In this document: one piece after another, positions 38,683 to 48,400 of the stretch
Layout: every line of letters starts with the position of its first letter
Position numbering within the stretch: the stretch's first letter is position 1
Source: an uncultured Actinomycetes bacterium
GTDB lineage: Bacteria; Actinomycetota; UBA4738; HRBIN12
Direction: 5' to 3'
DNA: 64,000 nt
Assembly (NCBI GenBank): GCA_963704725.1
Contig: OY969934.1
Coordinates: 864,001 to 928,000, forward strand
Made by a program: the position numbers and the translations under genes
Notes under the pieces: generated by a model
What the model was told of the DNA's origin: nothing
Database searches by the model: none
What the model saw: the letters and a program-made list of their open reading frames with translations, nothing else

Positions 38683-39528
38683 TCACCACGCCGTCGCCTC
38701 CGCGGGCGGCGGGGTCGGGTCCGGGACGTGTGCGCCCTCGTCGGCCTCCCAGGTGACCGATCCCTGTGCTCGACCGCCGGGGCCGACGTCGCGGATCTGC
38801 AGGCGGCCGTCCTCGGTCGCGACCAGCAGCCTGCCTCGAGCGTCCCAGTCGGCCCACTGCACGCCCTCGAGGAGCGTCGCCGCGTCGCCGGCGTGCAGCT
38901 CGTAGCGCACGTCGGAGCGGATCCCGTGCAGCTCGCGGATCGCCGCGTACGTTCCTCGAACGGTGAGGCGGTCCGAACCGCCGGAGCCCGGCCGCACCTT
39001 CTCCATCACGATGCGGTCGCCCCGGCGTTCGTCCCAGGCGTCGTCCTCGGCCCTCGGAGGCGTGTCGGCGGTCTCGGTCCACCCCCGCCGGCGCTCCACC
39101 GCGAAGGCGTCGGCGCGCGACAGGCGCAGGCCGAAGCGATCGCGCACGGGCCGGAGGTCGCCTCGATCGGGCTCGTCGACCTCACACACCGATCGGTCCT
39201 CGAGGAACTGCATCCCTCGCGTCCACGTGCTGCCGATCCCCCATCCGGCGAGCGCGGTCAACCAGGGCAGCCGTGAGATCGCGAGGTACGTGGCGCCGAG
39301 CTCCCACTCCGCGGACGCCTTCAGGGCGAAGTAGGCGAGCCACCGGCCGTCGGGGGACAGGTCGCACCGCTGCGGATAGATCGTCCCTCGGAGCCACGCC
39401 CCGGGCTCGTACGCGGGCGTCTCGAGGTCCCACCGCCCCACGTGCATCCACGCGCTCGGGCCCCTCCGGATGATGGCCACGATCGGAGCCCGGAGCGCCG
39501 GGATGCCGAAGATCCTCGGCCCCATCAT
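38683..39528 (-). CDS. Hypothetical protein
   Basis: RRGPS, GAWLRGTIYPQRCDLSPDG, WADWD. Good codon bias. Confidence 0.75.
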   Translation of the reverse strand: MMGPRIFGIPALRAPIVAIIRRGPSAWMHVGRWDLETPAYEPGAWLRGTIYPQRCDLSPDGRWLAYFALKASAEWELGATYLAISRLPWLTALAGWGIGSTWTRGMQFLEDRSVCEVDEPDRGDLRPVRDRFGLRLSRADAFAVERRRGWTETADTPPRAEDDAWDERRGDRIVMEKVRPGSGGSDRLTVRGTYAAIRELHGIRSDVRYELHAGDAATLLEGVQWADWDARGRLLVATEDGRLQIRDVGPGGRAQGSVTWEADEGAHVPDPTPPPAEATAW

Positions 39529-39549
39529 GCGATGGTAGGACGCATCCCC

Positions 39550-40167
39550 TCACTCGGTGCGCGCGGCGACGATGAGGCCGGCTCGCCAGCCCGGGGCCCG
39601 GCCTCGAGACGGAGGACGGATCGGGTCCATGTCGATGCCGCCCCGGGCGAGCAGCCACGAGGTGACGGAGTTCGAGTTCCACATGTCGCCGGTGTGCCGC
39701 TCGTCCCGTCCCCAGACCAGGGGTGGCACGGAGGGCACGAGATCGAGGATCTTCGACGCGACGGCGGGATCGTCCGTCACGGACACCCTGGAGACGGCCT
39801 CCGACAGGTCCGGGATGATCCCCTCTCGCCACCGCCGGATCTCGTACCGGAAGAGGCGCAGGCGCCCGGCCGGTCTCGTTCCGACCGGCCCCTCCACGAC
39901 CACACCGCGCTCCGAACCACGATCGTCGCGGATCGGGGTCATCTCGACGACGTAGCGGCCGTGCGGAACGACGATCTGCAGCGCGGAGTGATACAGGTCG
40001 CACCGAGGTCGGCGTTGGACCACCGCGCTGAGCGCCTCGAAGACCTTGCCGCTCAGGCGCACGACGTGCTGACCCGCGCCCAGCGGGATCCACGAGAGCT
40101 CCACCGCCGACGGCGGTGGCGTCTCCTCGGCGCTCGAGCCGCTCGTCAGCTGGGCGGAGGGTTCCAC
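39550..40167 (-). CDS. Hypothetical protein
   Basis: WIPLGAG, LYHSAL, WNSNS motifs. Start uncertain. Confidence 0.75.
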   Translation of the reverse strand: MEPSAQLTSGSSAEETPPPSAVELSWIPLGAGQHVVRLSGKVFEALSAVVQRRPRCDLYHSALQIVVPHGRYVVEMTPIRDDRGSERGVVVEGPVGTRPAGRLRLFRYEIRRWREGIIPDLSEAVSRVSVTDDPAVASKILDLVPSVPPLVWGRDERHTGDMWNSNSVTSWLLARGGIDMDPIRPPSRGRAPGWRAGLIVAARTE

Positions 40168-40580
40168 GGCCCGACGCCGCCGAGCCGTTCCGGCGTGATC
40201 CTGGTCACGAACCCCGGCGGGGGATCGGGCATGTTCGGGAAGGCGACGTCGGGACCGAGGTACGTGTGCGCGAGGCGCTGGAGCATCTCGGGGGCGCCTC
40301 CCTCGGTCACCCGCGCCGTCCCGTACACGACGAGGTACTCGAGCAGCCCCCACGCGTTCCGGTTGGCCGACGGGATGGAGAGCGCGATGCGGCCGTCGCG
40401 CCGGAGGTTCCGCAGCTTGCGCTGCTCGGGGATGGTCGCCAGGACGATCTCGTCGCCCTCGATCCCGACCCAGGCGGCCGTGACCTGCGGTCCGCCGTCC
40501 TCGTCGATCGTGACCACGTGGGCGACCGCGTCGCTCAGCAGGAGCTCGCGAGCCGCCTCCGGGAGCGGGATCCCTGGCAC
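40146..40580 (-). CDS. PPOX-class F420-dependent oxidoreductase
   Basis: VTIDEDGGPQVT, KLRNLRRDGRIALS, LAHTYLG. Confidence 0.9.
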   Translation of the reverse strand: MPGIPLPEAARELLLSDAVAHVVTIDEDGGPQVTAAWVGIEGDEIVLATIPEQRKLRNLRRDGRIALSIPSANRNAWGLLEYLVVYGTARVTEGGAPEMLQRLAHTYLGPDVAFPNMPDPPPGFVTRITPERLGGVGPWNPPPS

Positions 40581-40648
40581 CGACGCATGCTACTCCAGCG
40601 GGGGCGTTGTGGGTCTCTTGGACCGACGCCGCATCGGGCTCGCGGCGA

Positions 40649-41539
40649 TCAGGTCAGGTCGAAGGCGACGACCTCGGCGTCGGCCGTCCGTCGGTACCCG
40701 ACGGCCTCGTACACGGCGTTCGCCGGCACGTTGTCGACGTTCGAGACGAGGTAGCACGCGGCGTACCCGCGCCCCAGCAGCTCGGTGGCCAGACCGGCCA
40801 GGAGGCTCTTGGCGTACCCGTGCCCTCGGTGCTCCGGCGGCGTGTAGACCGGACCGACCCGGATGCCGGTGCCGGTGGGTCCCATGAAGCCGGCGAGGCA
40901 CACCGGCCCGGACGCGCCGACCCACAGCCGGTAGCCGGCGTCCTCCGCCTCCAGTCGTCCGCCGAGGAAGCGGCGGAGCTCCGCCGCGCCGAGCTCGTCC
41001 TGCGATGGAGCCTCCTCCGCGAAGTCCCGCATCCACCCCACGACCAGGTTGCGGTCGCCCCGGTCCGCGGGCCTCGGTTCGCCGTCCGTACGAGGCACGG
41101 GTCGCACCTCCTCGAGCGCGTAGTCGGTGAGTCGAGCCACGACGCGCGGCGACCGACCGGTCGCGCTCGTCCATCCTTCGACGAACGCGTCCACGGCGGG
41201 GTGGTTCCCGGTGACGCCCGGAAGCCCCGGGGCGTCCGCCGCGATGGCCTCCACCAACGGCGCGATGGCCGCGCCGTCCACGGGATCTCCGAGGAGCAGG
41301 TCGCGCGGCGGGGTCCACAGCGCGGCCGCGACGGGCTCGGGGTCGCGCGCGATCCACCCCTGGTGGAACTCGAACGGGTTCGTTCCGGAGGCGTGCATCG
41401 CCGCGACCCCCAGGATGAGGTGGTTGCGGGCCTCGTCGCGCCGCAGGAGCGGACCGGCCAGGCTCAGGAACGGGATCGCGTCGTCGGCTCGCAGGATCTG
41501 CACGACCGAGACGCTAGCGGCCGGCGGGCCGAAGGTCAC
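40649..41539 (-). CDS. GNAT family N-acetyltransferase
   Basis: RVGPVYTPPEHRGHGYA, NVPANAVYEAVGY. Confidence 0.9.
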   Translation of the reverse strand: MTFGPPAASVSVVQILRADDAIPFLSLAGPLLRRDEARNHLILGVAAMHASGTNPFEFHQGWIARDPEPVAAALWTPPRDLLLGDPVDGAAIAPLVEAIAADAPGLPGVTGNHPAVDAFVEGWTSATGRSPRVVARLTDYALEEVRPVPRTDGEPRPADRGDRNLVVGWMRDFAEEAPSQDELGAAELRRFLGGRLEAEDAGYRLWVGASGPVCLAGFMGPTGTGIRVGPVYTPPEHRGHGYAKSLLAGLATELLGRGYAACYLVSNVDNVPANAVYEAVGYRRTADAEVVAFDLT

Positions 41540-41594
41540 CCCCGTCGGGTTGACACGACCAGACCGCGGGTCGAGGCGCTGATAGGTTCGAGCC

Positions 41595-43067
41595 GTGCAG
41601 GGTCCGCACGATCCCGACGGCCACCACCCGGCCGATCCGCACGCTCCGTACCGGCGCCTCGATCACGACCGGTCGCCGTTCCTGTCGCGGCGGCGGTTCC
41701 TGAGGACGTCGGGTCTCGCGCTCGCCGGCGCCACGCTGTACGCGTGCACCGGCGGAGGCCGCAAGACGCCGGTCGTCGCCCCGACGGCCACGAGGTCGGT
41801 CGAGGCGATCGACACCCGCTGGCCGATCAAGCGCGTCGTGTACGTGATGCCCGAGAACCGGAGCTTCGACAACATCTTCGGGTCGTTCCCCGGCGCCAGC
41901 GGGGCGAGCACGGGTCTGAAGTTCGGGGAGGAGGTGCCGCTGACGCCGTCCCCGCACTGGCTCCCCGGCGATCTGCCGCACGACCGGGCCGCGTTCCTGC
42001 TCAGCGTCGACGAGGGAGCGTACGACGGCTTCGGGACCGGCCAGTTCGGGGATCCGTGGGCGTACACGAGGTTCGAAGGGAGCGCGGTCCCCATCTACTG
42101 GCAGCTCGCGGGCGACTACGTCCTGTGCGACAACTTCTTCTCCTCGGTCGGCGGCCCCTCGTACCCGAACCATCTGTTCTTCGTGGCCGGCCAGTCCGGC
42201 GGCGTGCTCGACAACCCGGAGAACATCGAGGTCCGCACGGACGAGCACGGTCAGTTCAAGAGCTGGGGCTGCGACGCCGTGGGCGAGAACGTGTTCGTTC
42301 TGGTGAAGGACGACAAGGGCAACCTCACGAAGCACGACACCTGCTTCACCTTCCGCACGGTTCCCGAGCAGCTTGAGGAGATCGGCGTGAGCTGGGCCTA
42401 CTACTCGGCCAGCCCCTACCAGAGCGGATACTTCTGGAACGCCCTCAACGCGATCGACGGCGTCTTCCACACCGACCTGTGGCGGGACGAGACGATCCGG
42501 CCGGTCGATCGGATCGTGGACGACATCCGCGCGGAGAGGCTGCCAGCCGTCACGTGGGTCACCCCGCGCTTCGAGCTCTCGGGGCACCCACCCGAGAGCA
42601 CGTGCTTCGCCCAGACCTGGCTCGCCGGCATCGTCGACGCGGTGATGCAGAGCGACGCGTGGAAGCACACGGCCCTGTTCATCTCGTGGGACATGTGGGG
42701 CGGGCTCTACGACCACGTCGCGCCGCGAGCGGTGGACGACATCGGCCGCGGCTTCCGGGTTCCGACGCTGGTCGTCTCGCCGTACGCGAGGAAGGGGTAC
42801 GTCGACGACGCCGAGGCCGACCACTGCGCGCCGCTCAAGTTCATCGAGGACAACTGGGGCCTGCCGTACCTCACCGCGCGCATCGAGGGCAGCCACAACT
42901 TCGAGCACGTCTTCGACTTCGGATCCGACCCGCGGGCGGACGCGCGTCCCGCGCCGCGGATCGGACGCTGCTACGGCTCGCCGTGGCGGTACCCCGGGGA
43001 CGACTACCCGGGCTGGCCCGAGGGCACCGAGCCCGACGAGAGTCACTTCGTCCAGCAGGGGCCGTAG
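41595..43067 (+). CDS. Tat-exported phosphoesterase/phospholipase C (AcpA-like) lipoprotein
   Basis: SRRRFL plus LYAC, MPENRSFDN, GPSYPNH, GHPP, GGLYDHV, GFRVP. Confidence 0.9.
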   Translation: MQGPHDPDGHHPADPHAPYRRLDHDRSPFLSRRRFLRTSGLALAGATLYACTGGGRKTPVVAPTATRSVEAIDTRWPIKRVVYVMPENRSFDNIFGSFPGASGASTGLKFGEEVPLTPSPHWLPGDLPHDRAAFLLSVDEGAYDGFGTGQFGDPWAYTRFEGSAVPIYWQLAGDYVLCDNFFSSVGGPSYPNHLFFVAGQSGGVLDNPENIEVRTDEHGQFKSWGCDAVGENVFVLVKDDKGNLTKHDTCFTFRTVPEQLEEIGVSWAYYSASPYQSGYFWNALNAIDGVFHTDLWRDETIRPVDRIVDDIRAERLPAVTWVTPRFELSGHPPESTCFAQTWLAGIVDAVMQSDAWKHTALFISWDMWGGLYDHVAPRAVDDIGRGFRVPTLVVSPYARKGYVDDAEADHCAPLKFIEDNWGLPYLTARIEGSHNFEHVFDFGSDPRADARPAPRIGRCYGSPWRYPGDDYPGWPEGTEPDESHFVQQGP

Positions 43068-43077
43068 GTCTCGGCCG

Positions 43078-43539
43078 GGTAGTGGTTCAGTCTGAGGTTG
43101 CCGCTCAGCCGTGAAGAGCCCAGTCGATCAGGTGAATAAGTCCGACGGTCGCAAGGATCGCAGCGACCAGGCCTGCGAAGACGAGCATCGCCGTGAGTGC
43201 CGCCGTCATGACCTTCCTTCGGATGCGCTTGGGCGACCGGAACCATGTGATGACCGCTGCGGGGAAGGACACACCCGTCCACTTCATCCACGGTTCTGTG
43301 GGCAGTCGACTCTCGGCTGGCTCAAAGGGAGCCGGCCGAGAGTCTTGCAGGGGATTCTCGCGCTTTCGGCCCATCGCTCATTATCTCGGCAGAGCAGTGA
43401 TCGCCTGGAGTGTCCAGATGTGATCGGCCACCCCCGCGGCCATGGCTGGAGTCCGCGGGTGGGGGGCCGCGAGGCGCTTGGGCGACCGAGCGAAGTTGTG
43501 ATGGAGCAAGTGCAAGCTCACGGCCGCCGTCAGATTCTC
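43078..43539 (-). mobile_element. IS1-family element remnant: transposase C-terminus, cargo ORF and one terminal repeat
   Basis: Minus strand 43539-43381 reads ENLTAAVSLHLLHHNFARSPKRL...RTPAMAAGVADHIWTL. The terminus GGTAGTGGTTCAGTCTGA lies at 43078-43095. Confidence 0.7.
43105..43374 (-). CDS. Small membrane protein, cargo inside the IS remnant
   Basis: 89 aa with a C-terminal TM segment, between the transposase stop and the terminal repeat. Confidence 0.45.
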   Translation of the reverse strand: MGRKRENPLQDSRPAPFEPAESRLPTEPWMKWTGVSFPAAVITWFRSPKRIRRKVMTAALTAMLVFAGLVAAILATVGLIHLIDWALHG

Positions 43540-43574
43540 GGATCATCCGGTCTCGAGGGATATCGTTGCGGTCG

Positions 43575-43904
43575 ATGCGGGTCGACGAGGCGCTCCTGGC
43601 GCGGCTGCGGGTCCACCTGAGCGAGATGGCGGACGTCCAGGAGAAGGCGATGTTCGGGGGCATCGGCTTCATGCTCCGGGGCAACCTGCTGTGCGGCGTG
43701 ATGGGTGACGAGCTATTGGTTCGCATCGCCAAGCAGGATCAGGATCGCGCCATCGGGGACGGAGGCGCCCATCCCATGGTGATGGGCGGCCGATCGAGCA
43801 AGGGCTGGATCCTCGTTCCCTCATCGGGGGTCGCGACCAAGCGGGACCTGAAGCGATGGGTCGACCGCGCGGTCGGGTTCGTGGGCGCCATGCCGGCGAA
43901 GTAG
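43575..43904 (+). CDS. TfoX/Sxy N-terminal domain protein
   Basis: EKAMFGGIGFMLRGNLLCGV, MGGRSSKGWILV. Confidence 0.88.
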   Translation: MRVDEALLARLRVHLSEMADVQEKAMFGGIGFMLRGNLLCGVMGDELLVRIAKQDQDRAIGDGGAHPMVMGGRSSKGWILVPSSGVATKRDLKRWVDRAVGFVGAMPAK

Positions 43905-43941
43905 CGCCCGCGCGGTGCCGCCACGGTGGCAAGATGTCCCC

Positions 43942-44220
43942 GTGGAGGACCGTGAGCTCCTCGAGCTGGCGGAGCAGGCCCTGACCGAGATCAAGGTCGC
44001 CCAGGGCCTGTCCGAGCGCCAGGCCTCGGTCCTGGCCGCGCTGCGGATCCGGCTGAAGGGGAGCGCGGGGAAGTCGCTCGAGGAGATGCTGGAGGCCGCC
44101 GGCGACCTCGAGCCCAACCGCCTCGAGGAGAAGATGGCCGAGGTGGAGCGCAAGCCCAAGCCCTCGCTCGACGACCTGCTGAAGGGCGACCCCAAGCCCA
44201 AGCGCGACTGGCCCGCCTGA
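43942..44220 (+). CDS. Small helical hypothetical protein
   Basis: Strong codon bias, charged helical composition. Start uncertain. Confidence 0.65.
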   Translation: MEDRELLELAEQALTEIKVAQGLSERQASVLAALRIRLKGSAGKSLEEMLEAAGDLEPNRLEEKMAEVERKPKPSLDDLLKGDPKPKRDWPA

Positions 44221-44302
44221 GGCCGGGCCGAGCTCGTTCCCCGAGCGCCCTCAAGCGCGCCGCGACCGAGCCCGAGAACCACTAGAGGGCCCGAACGCGA
44301 GG

Positions 44303-45406
44303 ATGCTCATGGACGTAGCCGATCTGCTCCGCTACGCGGTCGAACGGGGGGCGAGCGACCTCCATCTTTCCGCCGGGAACGTGCCGTTCATCCGGGTGGA
44401 CGGCGAGCTCCTGCCCGCCGCCTTCCCGTCCATGGACGCGACGGACACCGACGAGGCCGCGGAGCTCCTGCTGCCCCCCCACAAGGCCTCGGAGTTCGCC
44501 CGGACGAACGAGGCCGACTTCGCGTTCACGCTCGAGGGCGTGGGGCGGTTCCGGGTCAACGTGCTCCGCCAGCGCGGGTCGGTGGCCCTCGCCGTCCGGC
44601 GGGTGGCCTCCGAGGGCCAGACCTTCGCCGAGCTGAACCTGCCCGAGGTGATCCAGACCCTGTGCGACGCCCGCCGGGGGCTGGTGCTGGTCACCGGACC
44701 CACCGGCGCCGGCAAGACCAGCACGATCGCGTCGATGATCGGCTTCATCAACCGGACCCGCCGGGCGCACGTGGTGACGATCGAGGACCCCGTCGAGGTG
44801 ATCCACACCGACGACATGTCGGTGATCTGGCAGCGCGAGATCGGTCCCGACACCGAGTCGTACGCCGCCGGTCTCCGCCAGGTCCTTCGGCAGGACCCCG
44901 ACGTGATCTTCGTCGGCGAGATCCGAGACGCCGACGCCGCGCTCTCGGCGATCCAGGCCGCGCAGACCGGACACCTCGTCCTGTCGACGATGCACACGAT
45001 CGACGCCGCCGAGACGATCACGCGCGTGGTCGACCTGTTCCCCCAGCGACAGCAGGAGCAGGTCCGGGCCTCGCTGTCGGGGGCCCTGCGCGGCATCGTC
45101 TCGCAGCGGCTCCTCGAGCGGCTGGACGGCCGCGGCCGGATCCCCGCCGTCGAGATCCTCATCAACACCGGCCGGGTCTCCGAGCGGATCCTCGACCCGG
45201 CGACCACGACCGAGCTCACGGACGTGATGGCCGAGAGCCGGTTCGACGGCATGCAGACGTTCGATCAGTCGCTGCTCGAGCTGGCCAGGGCCGGCCTGGT
45301 GGCCGACGATGACGCCCGGGCCGTGGCCACCAACCCGCACGACTTCGACCTTGCGCTCCGCGGCGAGATGGCACAGGCGCGAGGCGCCGCAGCACTGGGG
45401 GCCTGA
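44303..45406 (+). CDS. PilT/PilU family ATPase
   Basis: ASDLHL, GPTGAGKTS, TIEDPVE, LRQDPDVIFVGEIRD, TGHLVLSTMH, GMQTFDQSL. Confidence 0.93.
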   Translation: MLMDVADLLRYAVERGASDLHLSAGNVPFIRVDGELLPAAFPSMDATDTDEAAELLLPPHKASEFARTNEADFAFTLEGVGRFRVNVLRQRGSVALAVRRVASEGQTFAELNLPEVIQTLCDARRGLVLVTGPTGAGKTSTIASMIGFINRTRRAHVVTIEDPVEVIHTDDMSVIWQREIGPDTESYAAGLRQVLRQDPDVIFVGEIRDADAALSAIQAAQTGHLVLSTMHTIDAAETITRVVDLFPQRQQEQVRASLSGALRGIVSQRLLERLDGRGRIPAVEILINTGRVSERILDPATTTELTDVMAESRFDGMQTFDQSLLELARAGLVADDDARAVATNPHDFDLALRGEMAQARGAAALGA

Positions 45407-45411
45407 CCGCC

Positions 45412-48400
45412 GTGGAAGCGCTCGCGGGAATGCCCACGCAGGGAGCGTGCGAGCGCTGCGGCGGCGACAACTCCCCACGAGCCCGGTTCTGCCAGCACTG
45501 CGGTTCGGCGCTCCCCTGGGACGACCCGGTCGAGGGCGGCGCGCCCGGCGAGCTGGACGCGTCCCTCCCGGACGCCGGGTTCGAACCGGCCGATGCCGCC
45601 CCGATCGTGACCGCCGTCGTGTGCGAGCTCTCCGTGGAACCGGCGACGGATGGCGACGTCGATGGATGGGGCGCCGCACCCGCGCCCGAGGTCTCCCAGG
45701 AGACGCTCGACGTCGCCCGCGAGACCCTCGGTCGGTTCGGCGCGGCGGTCGAGGATCTCCCCGGCGCGGCCGACACGCTGGCGGCGGTGTTCGGGCCGGA
45801 GCCGGGGGACGGTGACGGGCCGATCATGGCCGTCCGCGCGGCCGACGAGCTCCGCCGGACCTTGGAGGGCGGCGCGGTTCGCGTCCGCGCCGGCGTGGGC
45901 ACCGCCGAGATCGTCGGCGAGGGGCGGGGCGACGAGACCCTGTGGCGGGAGCGCGTGGTGGACCTTGCGACGGGCCTGCAGCGCAGGGCGGCCGTGGGAG
46001 AGGTCATCGTGGCCGACGGCGTGCTCCGCCGGATCCACGGCGCGGCCGAGGTCGAGCCGGTCGACCCGTACGCGCGGATCGACGGGGACGGTTCCACGGG
46101 GCCGGTCCGGCTGCTCCACGTCGATCCCGATCCACCGACGGTGTGGATCGGGTGGCCGTCGCTGGCGGGACGCGACGCGGAGCGGGATCGCATCCGCTCG
46201 GCGTTCGCACGTGCCGTGGCCGAGCGGATCGGTGTGGTGGTGCGGATCTTCGGAGACCCGGGCGTGGGCAAGAGCCGGCTGGCCGAGGAGTGCCTGCGCG
46301 AGCTCTCGGCCGACGGATCGGCGCGCACGGTGTCCGTGCCGTGGGGCCCGGCAGCCGAGCCGGGCGGCCCGTCCTCGCTGGCCGCACTGGTCGAGGTGGT
46401 CGCCGGTCTCACCCCGTCCGCCGATGCCGACCGGGTGCGAGCCGGGGTGGACGGCCTGCTCGAGGGGCGCCCCGACGCCGACCGCGTGGCGGCGCGACTC
46501 CTGCCGGCCCTCGGCGTGGCCGGGGCCGCCGATGCGCAGGGGACGGGGTGGGCCCTCGGACGCTTCCTCGAGGCCGCGGCCTCGGAGCTGCCCCTGGCCG
46601 TCCTCGTGGAGGACTGCGACCGGGCGGTGCCGTGGTTCCTCGAGCTCCTTCGCTCCGCGGTCGTGCGCGCCCGGAGCCCGGTCCTGGTCCTGGCGACGGG
46701 GGCCGCCGACGGGTGGCCGACCGCATGGGAACGCGAGCCGGTCGAACAGCTCCGGATCGATCCGCTCGGTCCGGAGGCGATGGGCTCGCTCCTGAACGAC
46801 CTCCTGCTCAACCCCGACACGCCGGCATCCGCCCGCGATGCGCTGATCGCCGCCTCGCACGGCAACGCGTTGCAGGCCGAGCATCTGGTTGCGGCGCTCG
46901 TCGACCGGGGCTTCCTCCGGTGGCACCATCGCCGGTGGGTTCCCGTCGAGGATCTCGAGCTCCCCGCCCCGGACCTGCGCTCGCTCGTCTCCCTTCGCCT
47001 GCAGGACCTCGAGCCGACCGAGCGCGCCTGTCTCGGGCTGCTGGCCGTGGCCGGAGCCGAGATCCCCTCGGGGCTCGTCGAGGAGCTGGTACCGAACGAC
47101 GACGACGCCTCCATCCGCGACCGCCTGGCCTCGCTCGTCGCCAAGCGCTTCCTCCGGGCCGAGACCGACGCAGAGCAGGAGTCCTACGTCTTCCATCACG
47201 AGCTGGTGCGCGACGTCGCCCGGGCCGAGGTCCCGCCCGAGACCGGGTCCGAGGTCCACGAGCGGTGCGCGCTGTGGCTGCAGGAGCGATACGGGGCGCG
47301 GCTGTGGCGCCACGCCCAGGCGATCGCGGCTCATCTGGAGGCCGACGTGCGGTTCGGCCTTGAGCGGGGTTCGGCCGTGGGCGACGCCGGGCGCCGGGCC
47401 GCCGACTTCCTCGGCTCGACGGCGGAGATCCTCTCGGCGCTCGGCGACGAGGAGGGGAGCTTGGCGATCCTGGAGCGCGCCCCCGGACTGCTCGATCCGG
47501 ACGACCCGACCCGGGCGGGGACCCTGCTCCGCACGGCGACGGCGGTCGCCGCCTCGGGCCGGTCCACCACCGCGGATCGGCTCTCGATCCAGGCGGCGCG
47601 AGCGGCGCGCGAGACGGGGGACGGCGCGACGGACGCACGGGCGCGGCTGCTCAGGGCCGTGCTCGCGGACGGAGGACGGAGCTACGGTCGGATGGAATCG
47701 ATCTGGGAGGTCGCGGAGCAGGCCGAGATCGCCTGCCGGGACGCCGAGGACGACGCCGGCCTGTCGGAGGCATGGGCGGCCCGGGCGGCGGTCCATCGCC
47801 GATGGGGGCACTGGGCGGCCGCCGCCGACGACGCGGAACGGTCCGCGGACCACGCCGCCCGAGCCGGGCTCCTGCACGAGGAGTCCGAGGCGCTCCGGAT
47901 GCTGGTCCGGTGTCTCGAGGGATCGCCCGCGCCGATGGAGGAGTCGATCGATCGATGCCGGGCGGTGCTGGCACGGGCCGGTGGCCGGAGGCAGGTGGAA
48001 GAGGAGGCGTCCGGGGTCCTCGCGATCCTGCTGGCCCGCCACGGCTCGTTCGAGGAGGCCGAGCGGCACGTCGCCGCGGCCCGGAGCGCCGCCGAGGAGT
48101 CGGAGCCGGGGACCGGTCTCGCGCGCGCCCTGCATCGCGCCGCCGCTGTGGAGACCCTGGCGGGACGGCTCGAGCGGGCCGAGGAGCTCCTGGTGCAAGC
48201 TCGCGATGTGGCGGTCGGGTCGGCGGACGAACGGACCGGAGCGGCGATCGGCGCCACGCTCGCCCACGTGATGCTCGACGCGGGGCGCGCCGAGGAGGCT
48301 CGGCAGCTCCTGGAGGAGGTGGAGCGGACCGCGGCCGCGGACGACGTGGTCACGCAGGTGGTCTGGCGCTCGGGCCGGGCCCGGGCGCTCGCGTCCTTGG

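Noticed and set aside
43575-45406. TfoX-N plus PilT as a competence locus
   Set aside because: Stand-alone TfoX-N proteins are widespread without a competence role, and no com or pilin genes are present.
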